Positions 1 to 10,474 are shown, counted from the stretch's first letter. The stretch: DNA of 64,000 bases from an uncultured Gammaproteobacteria bacterium (GCA_964413735.1 CAYPSS010000003.1:106626-170625), one strand, 5' to 3'. Notes: generated from the letters alone by a model not told the origin. Numbers and translations: made by a program.

Positions 1-2
1 TA

Positions 3-1823
3 TTATGGTCTGGGAGTTTCATTTTTTAGGCCAAAACATGGTCCATAATATTCAAAGTGCATTCCATCAGCTCTAAATGGGTCTGCCCAAGCCCAGCCAG
101 CCCAATAAAATTTGTGTTTTACCGCTAAATCAATCATTCCATCAGGGATTGACCAGGCAGCATTTTTTCCGGCTAAACACCCGGTAATTATTTGATCCAT
201 ACGTTCATATAAAACATAAGGATCTGATTTGAAATAATCTCCATAGGTACCATTTTTCATTTTTTCTAAAGTATCTTTGTATCTATTACAAACACTGGTG
301 GCATCACCGCCTTTGGATGATGGTGATTGAGAAGTTTTGTTATCATTATTGCTCAAAGTCATAATATCAATTGCTTGACCGGTTAAATGTGGGTCAGCAT
401 ACACTGTTTTTAAGGGTGCCTTGGTGCCAGAACAGGTTTTTCTTTGAACCCCAATCCCACATCCTAAATTTGATTGAGCAATATCGTTTGGTTTCCATGT
501 TCCGCTAAGTGATGGAGCTTTTCCGGCGGCTCGATCCCAAATGTATTGCATATATCCTTTTACTTCTGGATCGGTACTATTGATTAAATCATTAGTAAAA
601 GCTTGCCAAGCAGATACTGCTTGTTTATGAACTGTGACAACATAGCCTTTGCCACTGGCTTTTGCTTTGTTTACACGGTCAATGGTTTCTTGGTCATCAT
701 GTACTTGTAATTGAGGGGTAGATCTGTCCCAAAATTTATCTAATCCTAAAATACTGATTCTGGTAGTTGAAGAGCTGATTTTATCTCCCATTTTTATTCC
801 ACTTGGGAAAAAATAACCATTTAAGCAGGTTTCGTCTTTTACAATACCATAAACATAATTATTGTTTTTATAAGTTGCCGGACCAACGACTGGTTTTACT
901 GTCGAAGGTAAATCTGATGAATCAGGTAGTTCTTTCCCCGAGGGGAAATCCGGACCTTCTTCATATTCAGGGATATCTTTTAATTCAATCCCTTGAATTA
1001 TTTCAATCTGCGCTGATTTTAAACTGGTGATTTCCGGATTTACCGTATATAAGATAATATAAGAACAAATTAATAATAAAAGTCCTAAAACTGATTTGGT
1101 CATGGTCTCTTTTGCTTTATTAATATTTCCGGGATTACCGGCGGAAATAATAAATTGCACACCACCGATCACAATAAATAATATGGCGAAAATTACACCC
1201 AAGATTAACATTTTTTTGTAAATTCCGGCAATGCATTCACTAATCCAGGGAATGTTGCTTTCTTGTCCGGGGACAAAATCAACATCAGATAAATTACAGA
1301 CTGCTCCCAAGACATAAAGAGTTGGTTTGGTGAATTTAGGGGTGGTGGTTCCGCCGAGTATGGATGAACTTTCTTGTTTTTCCGTAACTGACTCCACGAT
1401 TTGTTTAACATCAAGTGGTGGAACCATGGCAAATGCAGGATTAGACACCGGGCCGGTATAATAACAATAATGTAAATCTCTTGTTGCAACTACGCCATCT
1501 TTGCATTCCCAAAGAGAGGCATATGAACCATAAGTTATTGCACATTGATTTGCATCATCACAAACACAGAAATTATCATCCTCAATATCATCCGAGCTGT
1601 CTTCACAATCAAATTCCAATACGCCGGTAGCTTGACCATTAATCACGCTTTGCCAACGACAATCATTGTTAGTCATAGTTGAACTGCATTTTTTCCCAAT
1701 CGGGGTATCGTTTATTTTGGTAAATGGAGTAGTTCGTTCGCCGGGCGTTTGGGCGTTGACAACGTCAGTAGTTATTAATAGGGCAAAAATAAATAACAAG
1801 ATTAATAAAAACCATTTTTTCAT
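3..1823 (-). CDS. Secreted/membrane protein with C-terminal M15-family (VanY-like, D-Ala-D-Ala carboxypeptidase-type) peptidase domain; C-terminus runs off the window edge
   Basis: N-terminal signal peptide MKKWFLLILLFIFALLITTDVVNA. Cys-rich extracellular segment. Two adjacent hydrophobic helices (LILGVIFAILFIVIGGVQFII / VLGLLLLICSYIILY). C-terminal motifs DPHLTGQAIDI (HxxGxAxD) and DGMHFEY typical of Zn peptidase family M15. No stop before position 3. Confidence 0.6.
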   Translation of the reverse strand: MKKWFLLILLFIFALLITTDVVNAQTPGERTTPFTKINDTPIGKKCSSTMTNNDCRWQSVINGQATGVLEFDCEDSSDDIEDDNFCVCDDANQCAITYGSYASLWECKDGVVATRDLHYCYYTGPVSNPAFAMVPPLDVKQIVESVTEKQESSSILGGTTTPKFTKPTLYVLGAVCNLSDVDFVPGQESNIPWISECIAGIYKKMLILGVIFAILFIVIGGVQFIISAGNPGNINKAKETMTKSVLGLLLLICSYIILYTVNPEITSLKSAQIEIIQGIELKDIPEYEEGPDFPSGKELPDSSDLPSTVKPVVGPATYKNNNYVYGIVKDETCLNGYFFPSGIKMGDKISSSTTRISILGLDKFWDRSTPQLQVHDDQETIDRVNKAKASGKGYVVTVHKQAVSAWQAFTNDLINSTDPEVKGYMQYIWDRAAGKAPSLSGTWKPNDIAQSNLGCGIGVQRKTCSGTKAPLKTVYADPHLTGQAIDIMTLSNNDNKTSQSPSSKGGDATSVCNRYKDTLEKMKNGTYGDYFKSDPYVLYERMDQIITGCLAGKNAAWSIPDGMIDLAVKHKFYWAGWAWADPFRADGMHFEYYGPCFGLKNETPRP

Positions 1824-1833
1824 AATATATTTT

Positions 1834-3099
1834 TTATTTTAATTTTATACTATGGAGGAATTGGCTGTATTTATCGGTAAAATATAGAGTTGATCCGTCG
1901 GCACTAACTTGAATTTGTTCAATATTATATTCATATTGCGGTTCAGCTACAAAACTGACTGAACCACTGGCCAAATCTACTCGATAAATATAATCTCCTA
2001 CATTATCGGCCAATTCTCTGACCCAGCCGGATCCGGTTGGTAATTCTTTGGGCACCGCGCAATACATGGTTGTGTTATTTTGGAAGGTGCACTTATCCGC
2101 CCAAGTATTTAAATTCAAACTAATATTGTTGTAACCGATTCGATCACCCGAGGCCTCAACAATGTGAAGTAATGGTTTATGTTCACTTTGACGATTTTGG
2201 GCACTATAAACAATGTGTGAACCACTGGGGTTATATTGATAATCAACATTGTAGCCATTAATATCAATGGCTCGAAAATTTTCTTGATTGGTACCGATTA
2301 AATAAATTTTACTGAAATCATAAGTGGAAGAATCATTAAAAGTGCCAACAATATTATTGGTGGGTGACCATTGGACCGTCACTTTGTTGGCTTGGGTTCC
2401 CAAGTGTTCCAGATATTTTTGAGCCGAACCATCGGGATTGGAAATCGCTAAAAATCTTTTTTGGGTATTGGCGTTCATGTCTTTGAAAGCAATTTGTGAT
2501 TCGGTGGAATTAAAATTAAATTCTGTCCAATCTTTGGGCAGGGTAACTTGACGATCGGTTTTAAAGTCATAAAAAATATTTGATCCATCAGGGAATTCCA
2601 AAATCGCTTTTTCTGATTTTGGCGCCCAAGCAATATCTTGCACCCCATAAAATTTGTCTGGGGTTAGGGATATTTTTTCACCATCGGATGTTAAACGATA
2701 AAACTCGCCGGTGTCAGAATTATATGACAGTAAATTATTTCCGGTTGAATCAATTGATAGGTGATTGTTTTTTTCTTGAATCAAGGTATTAACTCTGGTA
2801 ATTCCGCCATTGGCGATTTCTGATACGGTGGCGGATGGTTCAAACGGTTCCACTTGAGTGATGGGTGGGGTGATGGTGGGAATTTCCACATTGGTGGGTA
2901 GTTGTTCTTCTCCGGGTGGTCGTTCGCCCGATACCGGTAATTCGCCCGGCTTAATGCCCGTTGTTGGTTCAATCGGAGTCGGTGGCGTAGGGAGGAAGAA
3001 TAGCCAGTATATTGCCAATCCAATGGCCATACAAATCAAGAAAAACCCTACAATTAAAAGAATTTTTTTGGTGTTACTTAATTCCTGAAAATTAAACAT
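1834..3099 (-). CDS. Membrane-anchored TolB-like beta-propeller protein
   Basis: N-terminal TM anchor (ILLIVGFFLICMAIGLAIYWLFF), Pro/Thr-rich linker, then repeated PDGS/SPDGS/SADGS blade-like segments as in TolB/WD40-like periplasmic propellers. Confidence 0.5.
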   Translation of the reverse strand: MFNFQELSNTKKILLIVGFFLICMAIGLAIYWLFFLPTPPTPIEPTTGIKPGELPVSGERPPGEEQLPTNVEIPTITPPITQVEPFEPSATVSEIANGGITRVNTLIQEKNNHLSIDSTGNNLLSYNSDTGEFYRLTSDGEKISLTPDKFYGVQDIAWAPKSEKAILEFPDGSNIFYDFKTDRQVTLPKDWTEFNFNSTESQIAFKDMNANTQKRFLAISNPDGSAQKYLEHLGTQANKVTVQWSPTNNIVGTFNDSSTYDFSKIYLIGTNQENFRAIDINGYNVDYQYNPSGSHIVYSAQNRQSEHKPLLHIVEASGDRIGYNNISLNLNTWADKCTFQNNTTMYCAVPKELPTGSGWVRELADNVGDYIYRVDLASGSVSFVAEPQYEYNIEQIQVSADGSTLYFTDKYSQFLHSIKLK

Positions 3100-3112
3100 A
3101 TTTTTATTTTAT

Positions 3113-3721
3113 TTAAACAATATTAAACCAACTTAAAATTTCTAATATTGGTAACAAAACAATGATAATAATAATCACAATCAATATGCCCCAGCCCAAA
3201 ATGGTTAAACAAGTGGGGGCAACGACCATAATGATGCGTTTCATGATCATTTTTTTCACTGCTTTTTTGGCTTGTTCTTTGGCCATTTGAACGGCCATTT
3301 GCTTGGCATTTTCCATAGCATCTTCTTCATCTTCCGTTTCATCTATGACCGGCATTTCGTCTTCTTCATCATCTTCATCATCAGTATAACTTTCTTCGTC
3401 TTCAAAAGTTGGTTCACTGTCTGTTGTTTCCAATTGTTCGGCCATCATTTCGTTAAAAGTCGGAGGGGTCCCAATATTAGGTTGAGAAAATGGGGTTGGC
3501 GGTGAGCCATAGTTTGCTCCATAGGGAGTTTCCGGTTCCGGATTTGTTTGAGGGTAGTCGGCTGTTTCCGGTTCAGCAGGTTGTGGTGTTGATTGCGGTT
3601 TTTCTTGTGATTCCAAAAAATCTTCATAGTCTTGACCGTATGGAGTTTGATTGCTTTGAGGTGATACTGGTGGTGGTTGAGGATTTTGTCCGGTAGTATT
3701 GGAATTGTTATTATCCGGCAT
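3113..3721 (-). CDS. Low-complexity Pro/Gln/acidic protein with C-terminal TM helix (hypothetical)
   Basis: ORF with a Pro-rich N-terminus, a long acidic stretch (DDEDDEEDE) and a C-terminal hydrophobic helix (IIMVVAPTCLTILGWGILIVIIIIIVLLPILEIL). No recognisable family. Confidence 0.45.
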   Translation of the reverse strand: MPDNNNSNTTGQNPQPPPVSPQSNQTPYGQDYEDFLESQEKPQSTPQPAEPETADYPQTNPEPETPYGANYGSPPTPFSQPNIGTPPTFNEMMAEQLETTDSEPTFEDEESYTDDEDDEEDEMPVIDETEDEEDAMENAKQMAVQMAKEQAKKAVKKMIMKRIIMVVAPTCLTILGWGILIVIIIIIVLLPILEILSWFNIV

Positions 3722-3724
3722 AGA

Positions 3725-6115
3725 TCAAGATTTAATTTTGTTTTTTGATCTTTTATTAAGTTCAATGATTAAATTTTCCACTTCTCGATCGATTATTTGC
3801 CGAACTGTTCGGGCGCCTTGGCCAATTTTTTGCGATTCTTGTGCCAAGCGGGATAAGTTTTTACTGAGTTTGGTTATGTTTATCAAAGATTTTTTTTCTT
3901 CCAGTTGTTTTAAGTGTTTTTTGAATATTTTTTGTAGTGTAATTGCCTCTAAGTTTTCAAATACAATAATTTTATCAAGGCGATTGATAAATTCGGGGCG
4001 AAAATGTTTTTTTGCTTCCTCAACAATTTTTTCGATTAAGGCTGAATTTGTTTGTTGGTTACCAAAGCCCCAAGAAATATTTTTGTTGAATAAATCGGCG
4101 CCTAAATTGGCGGTCATAATAATAATCGTGTTTCTGAAATTAATTTTTTTGCCGGTGGCATCGGTTAAATAGCCGTCTTCTAAAATTTGCAATAATAAGT
4201 TTAAAACTTCCGGATGTGCTTTGTCGATTTCATCAAATAAAATTAAACTGTAAGGACGTTTTTTAATGGCGTCGGTCAGTTTGTTTTCTTCGCGATATCC
4301 CACATAACCGGCCGGTGCCCCAATCAGCTTTGAAGCGTTGAATTTTTCACTGAATTCCGCCATGTCAATTCGGATGAATGATTCTTGATCGCGAAATAAT
4401 TTTTCCGCTAAAATTTTTGCGGTATAAGTTTTGCCCACTCCGCTTGGTCCTAAAAATAGAAACGAGGCTTGCGGTCGATTTTCATCTTGCAGTCCGAGTT
4501 TTGATTTTTTTAATGAATTGATAATTGTGGTTAGGGCTTTATCTTGACCGAAAATTTCATTTTGTAATTTAATTTTAATTTTATCCAAGGTTTGCCAATC
4601 GTTTCCCAGTAATTCACTGATCGGAATTTGGGTTTTGGCTGAAATGATTTCCTGTATGGTTTGGGCGTCGACGATTGGTGGATTTTTTGTTAATTGAAGA
4701 TCGCGAGTTTTTTGTAATTTTGTTAACCGTTTTTTAAGAATGATTTGCTCGGCTTTTATTTTAATGGCTAGGTTGAAGTTTTCATTTAGAACAGCTTTTT
4801 CTTTCTCTGTATTCAGCTTGTTGATTTCCAATTCCAAATTATTGATATTAGTAAATAACTTATTATTATTCATCTGTATTTTTTGTTTGGCGGCGGCTTC
4901 GTCAAGCAGGTCGATGGCCTTGTCCGGAAACAATTTATCTTGTATATAGCGTTTACTTAAATTTAAGGCCGTAATAATGGCCGCGTCGTCAAATTTTACC
5001 TGGTGGTAATTTTCATAATTGCTCTTTACCCCAAATAAAATTTCTTTTGTTTCGGTGATTGTTGGTTCGGTTAAAATTATGGGTTGGAACCGTCGTTCCA
5101 GCGCCGCATCTTTTTCAATGAATTTTTTATATTCTTCCATGGTGGTGGCGCCAATACAACGCAGTTGACCACGCGCTAAGAGTGGTTTGAGCAAATTTGC
5201 CGCGTCCAAACTGCCATTACTGGAACCGGCACCGACAATATTATGTAATTCATCAATGAATAAAATTGTCTGCGGGTCATTTTTGATTTCATCAATAATT
5301 TCTTTGAGACGATTTTCAAAATCACCGCGATACATGGTTCCAGCTACCAAAGAGCCGAGGTCCAGAGAAATGATTTTTTTATTTTTCAAAATATTCGGGA
5401 CTTCGCCGTTTACGATTTTCTTGGCTAATCCTTCCACTAATGCGGTTTTCCCTACTCCCGGATCACCTAAAATCAAGGGATTATTTTTGTCTTTACGACA
5501 TAAAATTTGAATTAAACGATCAAGCTCCTGGTCGCGTTTAATAATCGGGTTGATTGATTTTTGATATTCAATATCCGTTAAATCAACGGAAAAATATTTT
5601 AATGTCCCTGAACCGGGTTTGTTCGTAAAAGGGTCTTGACCCTGTAAAATTAAATTTTCCGGGTTATTGATTTGGGTTAAATGCGTATCGCCTTTTAATA
5701 AATTATCTAAGTCATTTTTTAATTTTTCAAGATTGATTTTATAATTTTGTAAAATATATTTTATCAAATATGGCGGGTCGTCGAGTAATACGGCCAAACA
5801 ATGTTCCGTACCGACAAAAGTGTGTTTTTGACTAAACGCCAAATTAAAAGCACTGATCAGCAAGTCTTCGATGGTTTTGATTCGTGATTTCGATTCTATT
5901 GATGGTAGATTAAGAGAAAGCAAATCAGCTAATTTTTTTTCATCATTATTTTTGTCTTGAAGAAAAAATTTATTGGCCAAAGTGTTCGGTTCATGAAATA
6001 AGGCAATAATAAAATCATTCAATTCGATGACGGAACGATTTTTTTTAAGGGCGAACTTTTTCGCTTGTTCCAAACAGTGGCGCAAATTGTCGGATAGTTT
6101 TTCTAAAAAATCCAT
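3725..6115 (-). CDS. clpC: Clp-family double AAA+ ATPase/chaperone (ClpC/ClpB type) with Clp N-domain
   Basis: Two Walker A motifs (GDPGVGKT and GPSGVGKT). Clp_N-like N-terminus. Short coiled-coil middle domain between the AAA modules, closer in length to ClpC than ClpB. 796 aa. Confidence 0.85.
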   Translation of the reverse strand: MDFLEKLSDNLRHCLEQAKKFALKKNRSVIELNDFIIALFHEPNTLANKFFLQDKNNDEKKLADLLSLNLPSIESKSRIKTIEDLLISAFNLAFSQKHTFVGTEHCLAVLLDDPPYLIKYILQNYKINLEKLKNDLDNLLKGDTHLTQINNPENLILQGQDPFTNKPGSGTLKYFSVDLTDIEYQKSINPIIKRDQELDRLIQILCRKDKNNPLILGDPGVGKTALVEGLAKKIVNGEVPNILKNKKIISLDLGSLVAGTMYRGDFENRLKEIIDEIKNDPQTILFIDELHNIVGAGSSNGSLDAANLLKPLLARGQLRCIGATTMEEYKKFIEKDAALERRFQPIILTEPTITETKEILFGVKSNYENYHQVKFDDAAIITALNLSKRYIQDKLFPDKAIDLLDEAAAKQKIQMNNNKLFTNINNLELEINKLNTEKEKAVLNENFNLAIKIKAEQIILKKRLTKLQKTRDLQLTKNPPIVDAQTIQEIISAKTQIPISELLGNDWQTLDKIKIKLQNEIFGQDKALTTIINSLKKSKLGLQDENRPQASFLFLGPSGVGKTYTAKILAEKLFRDQESFIRIDMAEFSEKFNASKLIGAPAGYVGYREENKLTDAIKKRPYSLILFDEIDKAHPEVLNLLLQILEDGYLTDATGKKINFRNTIIIMTANLGADLFNKNISWGFGNQQTNSALIEKIVEEAKKHFRPEFINRLDKIIVFENLEAITLQKIFKKHLKQLEEKKSLINITKLSKNLSRLAQESQKIGQGARTVRQIIDREVENLIIELNKRSKNKIKS

Positions 6116-6120
6116 AAATA

Positions 6121-6999
6121 TTAGGCGGTCATTTGGCGTAATTTGTTAATTCGTTCATTAAGCGGAGGATGAGTGTCAAATAAGTTGGTTAAAGACTTTT
6201 TCCCGGCAAACGGACTGGCGATAAATAAATGTGCGGTAGCGGTATTGGCTCTTTGCATGGGGGCATGATACTGGGAAATTTTTTCCAGTGCATCGGCCAA
6301 AGCTTGCGGATAACGCGTGAGAAGTGCGCCATCAGCATCAGCCAAGTATTCGCGTTTACGAGAAATAGCCAGTTGGATGATTTTGGCGATAAGCGGTGAT
6401 AAAATCATGAGTACCAAACCAACAATCAAAATAATTCCATTGCCATTTTTGTTGTCGCTTTTTCGTCCAAAAAAAGTACTTCGAACAAAAATGTCACTTA
6501 ATAACGCCACAATTCCCACCAACACAATCACCACCATCATTAATCTGATATCATAGTTTTTAATGTGTGATAATTCATGAGCAATGACTCCTTCCAGTTC
6601 GGTGCGATTAAGCTTTTCCAATAAACCGGTAGTTAGCGCAATGGAAGCATGTTGTGGATCACGACCGGTGGCAAAAGCATTGGGAGCCGAGTCATTGATC
6701 AAATATATTTTTGGCATGGGTAATCCGGCGGTAATACAAAGATTTTCCACTAAGCGATAAATTTCCACATTTTCATCTCTTTTAATTTCCTTTGCTCCGG
6801 TGGTGGAAAGTGCCACTTTGTCACCTTGATAATAACTTACTAAGGCCATAATCAATGAGATAATGGTGGCAATGATTAGCGCCGAATATCCAAGTTCACT
6901 GTAAAGACTGAAAAAATATCCCAGCAATATGATAAAAGCACAAAATATAGTGATGAGGATAACGGTTCTTTTTTTGTTGGAATCAATTTGATTGTACAT
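6121..6999 (-). CDS. htpX: Zinc metalloprotease HtpX (peptidase M48)
   Basis: N-terminal TM helices, HELSHI (HExxH) motif, typical HtpX length. Adjacent to lemA, as is common. Confidence 0.85.
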   Translation of the reverse strand: MYNQIDSNKKRTVILITIFCAFIILLGYFFSLYSELGYSALIIATIISLIMALVSYYQGDKVALSTTGAKEIKRDENVEIYRLVENLCITAGLPMPKIYLINDSAPNAFATGRDPQHASIALTTGLLEKLNRTELEGVIAHELSHIKNYDIRLMMVVIVLVGIVALLSDIFVRSTFFGRKSDNKNGNGIILIVGLVLMILSPLIAKIIQLAISRKREYLADADGALLTRYPQALADALEKISQYHAPMQRANTATAHLFIASPFAGKKSLTNLFDTHPPLNERINKLRQMTA

Positions 7000-7053
7000 A
7001 ATAATATTTTTAGGACTGCAAATCCGGAAAGGATTTGCAGAGAAAAAATACTA

Positions 7054-7611
7054 TTAGAATTGAACATTAATATTTTGTTTTTCGTCTTGAGAAGCTTCGA
7101 AAAATTCATATTTCTTAAAGCCCAAGAAATTGGCGACCAAGTTGTTGGGGAAAATTTGAATTTTGGTATTAAAGTCACGAACATTGCCATTATAAAAACG
7201 ACGAGAAGCTTGGATTTTATTTTCCGTATCGGAAAGTTCGCCTTGTAATTGCAAGAAGTTTTGGTTAGCTTTGAGTTCCGGATAATTTTCCGCCAAAGCG
7301 AAAATTGATTTCAAGGTATTGCTCAAAGCGTTTTCCGCTTCGCCTTTGGCTTCAACTCCTTGAGTTTGCATGGCTTTGGTGCGTGCCTCGGTCACTTTTT
7401 CAAATGTTTCTTTTTCGTGTGAAGCATATCCTTTGACCGTGTTGACTAAATTGGGGATCAAGTCATAGCGTCGTTTGAGCTGAACATCAATATCGCTCCA
7501 TGCTTCATCGGTTCGATTTTTGAATTTGATCAAGCCGTTGTAAACGCCGATTAACCACAAAACGACGATTACCAATACGGCTAGAACAATGTAAAAAACA
7601 GTTGTTCCCAT
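7054..7611 (-). CDS. lemA: LemA family membrane protein
   Basis: N-terminal TM anchor followed by the conserved LemA core (YNGLIKFKNRTDEAWSDIDVQLKRRYDLIPNLV). Confidence 0.85.
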   Translation of the reverse strand: MGTTVFYIVLAVLVIVVLWLIGVYNGLIKFKNRTDEAWSDIDVQLKRRYDLIPNLVNTVKGYASHEKETFEKVTEARTKAMQTQGVEAKGEAENALSNTLKSIFALAENYPELKANQNFLQLQGELSDTENKIQASRRFYNGNVRDFNTKIQIFPNNLVANFLGFKKYEFFEASQDEKQNINVQF

Positions 7612-7766
7612 AAATTAAACTTATCTGCCCGCTTCAATCACTTTGAGGAGTGATTTTTTTGGTCAGATTATTATTTTTTATTTGAAACTCTTACTCATTT
7701 ATTGTATAGTATTGTAGTGATTTAGTAAAGTGAATAAATGGGTATTTTTATAAATAAATTAGCTTT

Positions 7767-8894
7767 ATGAAAACAAAAATTTTGCTTTTTTTCTTGTTTT
7801 TATGTGGTGGTATTTTCTGGGGGGCGGTGGTTGATGCCAAGTCCTCGATGGAAGATAATTACTTTGTGGCCAGTGAAAGAGTCATTGAAGAAAATTTTTT
7901 TAAAGCCGGTAATGCGATTGATATTGCCGGAACATTAAAAAAAGATGCTTATGTGATTGGTAATATTGTGACGGTTGATGGCGTTATTGAGGGTGATTTG
8001 ATTGGTGCGGGAAGTACTTTGAAAATCAATGGTGAGGTAAAGGGTAGTGTGCGTTTTATTGCGGAAAATATAATTATCAATGGTCAAGTGGGAAAAAATT
8101 TATTAGCGGCCGGGAATTTAATTAATTTGGAAAATAATGGTTCGGTTGGTTGGGAAGTTTTAAGCGCTGGTAATTTAATTGATATGAAAGGTAAGGTAGG
8201 GTCTGACTTAAAAGCAATTGGTACTATTTTAAATATTAATAATGAAATCAATGGCCGAGTTCACGCCCAAATGACGGAAATAAATTTGGGTGATCAAGCG
8301 CTGATTACAGGTGATTTTAATTATTATTCGGAAAAAGATTTAGTAAAAAAAGAACAAGCCCAAATTTTGGGTCAAATTAACAAGATTGAAAATTTTGGGT
8401 TTACCAAGTCTCAACCCGCCAAGGATTTCTCTTATTATTTGGGGAAGTTTATTTTTAGCTATTTGAGCTTTTTGCTTTTAGCGATTGTTTTGATCGTTTT
8501 GATGCGCAAAAAAATTGATTTGGTGACCATGGAAATCAAAAGTAATTTGGCAAAAAATTTAGGTTGGGGAATTTTGCTCTTGTTTGGCGTACCTTTATTG
8601 GCGGTGCTTATTTTATTAACAATTGTGGGATTGCCGATATCTTTGGTGGTGATGATGATTTATTTTGCAGTGGTTTTGGTTTCACGAATTTTTGTGTCAA
8701 TTGTGATATGGCGTTTTATTGCTCAATTGGTGAGAATCAAACAACCGCTTGATTTAATGCTTCAAGCCTTGATTGGTTTGTTTGTTTATTCTCTGTTGTG
8801 TGTAATACCGATTGTGGGGGCTTTGTTGAATTTGTTGGCAATTGCGGTTAGTTTAAGTGCGGTTTTCCTAGTTTTTCGTCAAAGTGAAAAGTAA
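7767..8894 (+). CDS. Signal-peptide protein with bactofilin-like beta-helix repeats and C-terminal polytopic membrane domain (hypothetical)
   Basis: Signal peptide. Repeated G-x-I/V-x-I/V-x-G segments (GNIVTVDGVIEGDLIGAGSTLKINGEVKGSV...). Three or four C-terminal TM helices. Confidence 0.5.
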   Translation: MKTKILLFFLFLCGGIFWGAVVDAKSSMEDNYFVASERVIEENFFKAGNAIDIAGTLKKDAYVIGNIVTVDGVIEGDLIGAGSTLKINGEVKGSVRFIAENIIINGQVGKNLLAAGNLINLENNGSVGWEVLSAGNLIDMKGKVGSDLKAIGTILNINNEINGRVHAQMTEINLGDQALITGDFNYYSEKDLVKKEQAQILGQINKIENFGFTKSQPAKDFSYYLGKFIFSYLSFLLLAIVLIVLMRKKIDLVTMEIKSNLAKNLGWGILLLFGVPLLAVLILLTIVGLPISLVVMMIYFAVVLVSRIFVSIVIWRFIAQLVRIKQPLDLMLQALIGLFVYSLLCVIPIVGALLNLLAIAVSLSAVFLVFRQSEK

Positions 8895-8905
8895 AATTTT
8901 TTAAT

Positions 8906-8940
8906 AAAAGTTCACACCTTGAGGTGAGCTTTTATTTTTA
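8906..8940 (+). terminator. Putative rho-independent terminator after 7767..8894
   Basis: Imperfect hairpin gttcacacc-ttga-ggtgagc followed by ttttattttt. Confidence 0.4.
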
Positions 8941-9031
8941 AATCAATTTATATAATTTTCATTCACAATTGTAATTTTGCCTAACCGTTAAATTAACGAT
9001 ATACTTAAAATTAATAATAACAATAATATTT

Positions 9032-10408
9032 ATGATAGAAATTAATGATAATATTTTCAAAGCTTATGATATTCGCGGGGTGTATGGTCGTGATTTTGAT
9101 GAACAATTAGCTTACCGATTGGGCCGGGCGTTTGCTGAACTGCTTAAAAGCGAAACCGGTCGAGAAACCGTTAATTTGGGTGTGTCGCAGGATATGCGCT
9201 TATCTTCCCCGATACTTTATGAAAATTTAATCAAGGGAATTTTAGAGCAAGGGGTTAATGTTATGGAGTTTGGTTTGGTTGCTACGCCGACCTTTTATTT
9301 CGGAGTGGCCAAAAATCGTTTGGATGGTGGTATTCAGGTTTCCGCTTCTCATAATCCGCCGGAATATAATGGTTTTAAATTAGTCAGAGATAGTGCCATG
9401 GCGGTAAGCAGTGAGACGGGTATTATGACTTTGAAACAAGCGGTAAAACAAAATGAATTTCCCTCTGTTTCAGTTAAGGGTCACCTGATAGGTAAAGTGG
9501 AAAATTTATTGGATGAACAAGTGGTGTTTGCCATAAGACAAGGTGATGTTACCAAGATAAAGCCTTTTAAAATTGTTGTTGATAGCGCCAATGCGGTTGG
9601 TGGTCCGATGATTAAGGCTTTATTTGATCGTTTGCCGGTAAAAGTGGAATATTTGAATTTTGAACTTGATGGTTCTTTCCCGGCGCATGAGGCTGATCCT
9701 TTGAAAGACAAAAACAACCAACAATTACAAAATAAAGTATTGGAAAGTGGCGCGGATTTGGGAGTGGCGCTTGACGGAGATGGCGATCGAATATTTTTTA
9801 TTGATAACCAAGGAAAAACAGTTGAACCGGCGATTGTGCGAGGAATTCTGGCAAAAATATTTTTACAGGAAAATCCGGGGGCCACAATTTGTTATGATAT
9901 TCGTCCGGGAAAAATTACCGAGGATATGATTGTGGAAAATGGTGGTAAGCCGGTAGTCACGCGAGTGGGACATTCGTTAATCAAAGAAAAGGCGCGTAAA
10001 GTGAATGCGATTTTTGCCGGTGAAAGTAGTGGTCATTATTTTGTTAAATTACCATTTGGTTTTTTCGAAGAACCATTGATCGTGGTATCGAAATTTTTGA
10101 TTGAATTAAGTATTGCCGAATTATCTTTGTCAGAGTATATTAAACCATTGCAACGTTATTTTCATTCCGGTGAAATTAATTTTGGGGTTAATGATAAACA
10201 AGCGGTGTTCAATGCTATAAAAGAAAAATACGGTGACCATTTGCAATATGATTTTGATGGTTTGAGTTTTGTTTGGGAGGATTGGTGGTTTAATGTTCGT
10301 GCTTCCAACACGGAAAATGTGGTACGATTAAATTTGGAAAGTGTGGCACAGTCTTTAACTCAAGAAAAGGTGGCTGAAATTACGGAATTGATCAAACAAT
10401 TTGATTAG
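9032..10408 (+). CDS. glmM: Alpha-D-phosphohexomutase (phosphoglucosamine mutase / phosphomannomutase family)
   Basis: Active-site Ser loop SASHNPPEYNGFK, Mg-binding DGDGDR, sugar-binding GESSGH. 458 aa. Confidence 0.8.
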   Translation: MIEINDNIFKAYDIRGVYGRDFDEQLAYRLGRAFAELLKSETGRETVNLGVSQDMRLSSPILYENLIKGILEQGVNVMEFGLVATPTFYFGVAKNRLDGGIQVSASHNPPEYNGFKLVRDSAMAVSSETGIMTLKQAVKQNEFPSVSVKGHLIGKVENLLDEQVVFAIRQGDVTKIKPFKIVVDSANAVGGPMIKALFDRLPVKVEYLNFELDGSFPAHEADPLKDKNNQQLQNKVLESGADLGVALDGDGDRIFFIDNQGKTVEPAIVRGILAKIFLQENPGATICYDIRPGKITEDMIVENGGKPVVTRVGHSLIKEKARKVNAIFAGESSGHYFVKLPFGFFEEPLIVVSKFLIELSIAELSLSEYIKPLQRYFHSGEINFGVNDKQAVFNAIKEKYGDHLQYDFDGLSFVWEDWWFNVRASNTENVVRLNLESVAQSLTQEKVAEITELIKQFD

Positions 10409-10418
10409 CAATTTTGGC

Positions 10419-10447
10419 TTGACTTTTTTTGGTTTTAGTGGTACAAT
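10419..10447 (+). promoter_or_regulatory. Sigma70-like promoter (TTGACT-17-TGgTACAAT) for micro-ORF
   Basis: ttgact at 10419-10424, 17-nt spacer, extended -10 tggtacaat. GGAGGTG SD then ATG at 10475. Confidence 0.45.
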
Positions 10448-10474
10448 GTTGATGCACTTTGGAGGTGTTTTCCC

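Noticed and set aside
3272-5510. Numerous short ORFs on both strands inside or overlapping the Clp ATPase and the acidic membrane protein genes
   Set aside because: Embedded in longer genes with strong motif support. Typical low-complexity frame shadows.
7620-7660. Hairpin aatcactt-tgagg-agtgatt+T-run upstream of lemA as a terminator
   Set aside because: The T-run is on the plus strand, but both flanking genes are minus-strand or start downstream. It is more likely a 5'-UTR structure or chance palindrome. Left unannotated.
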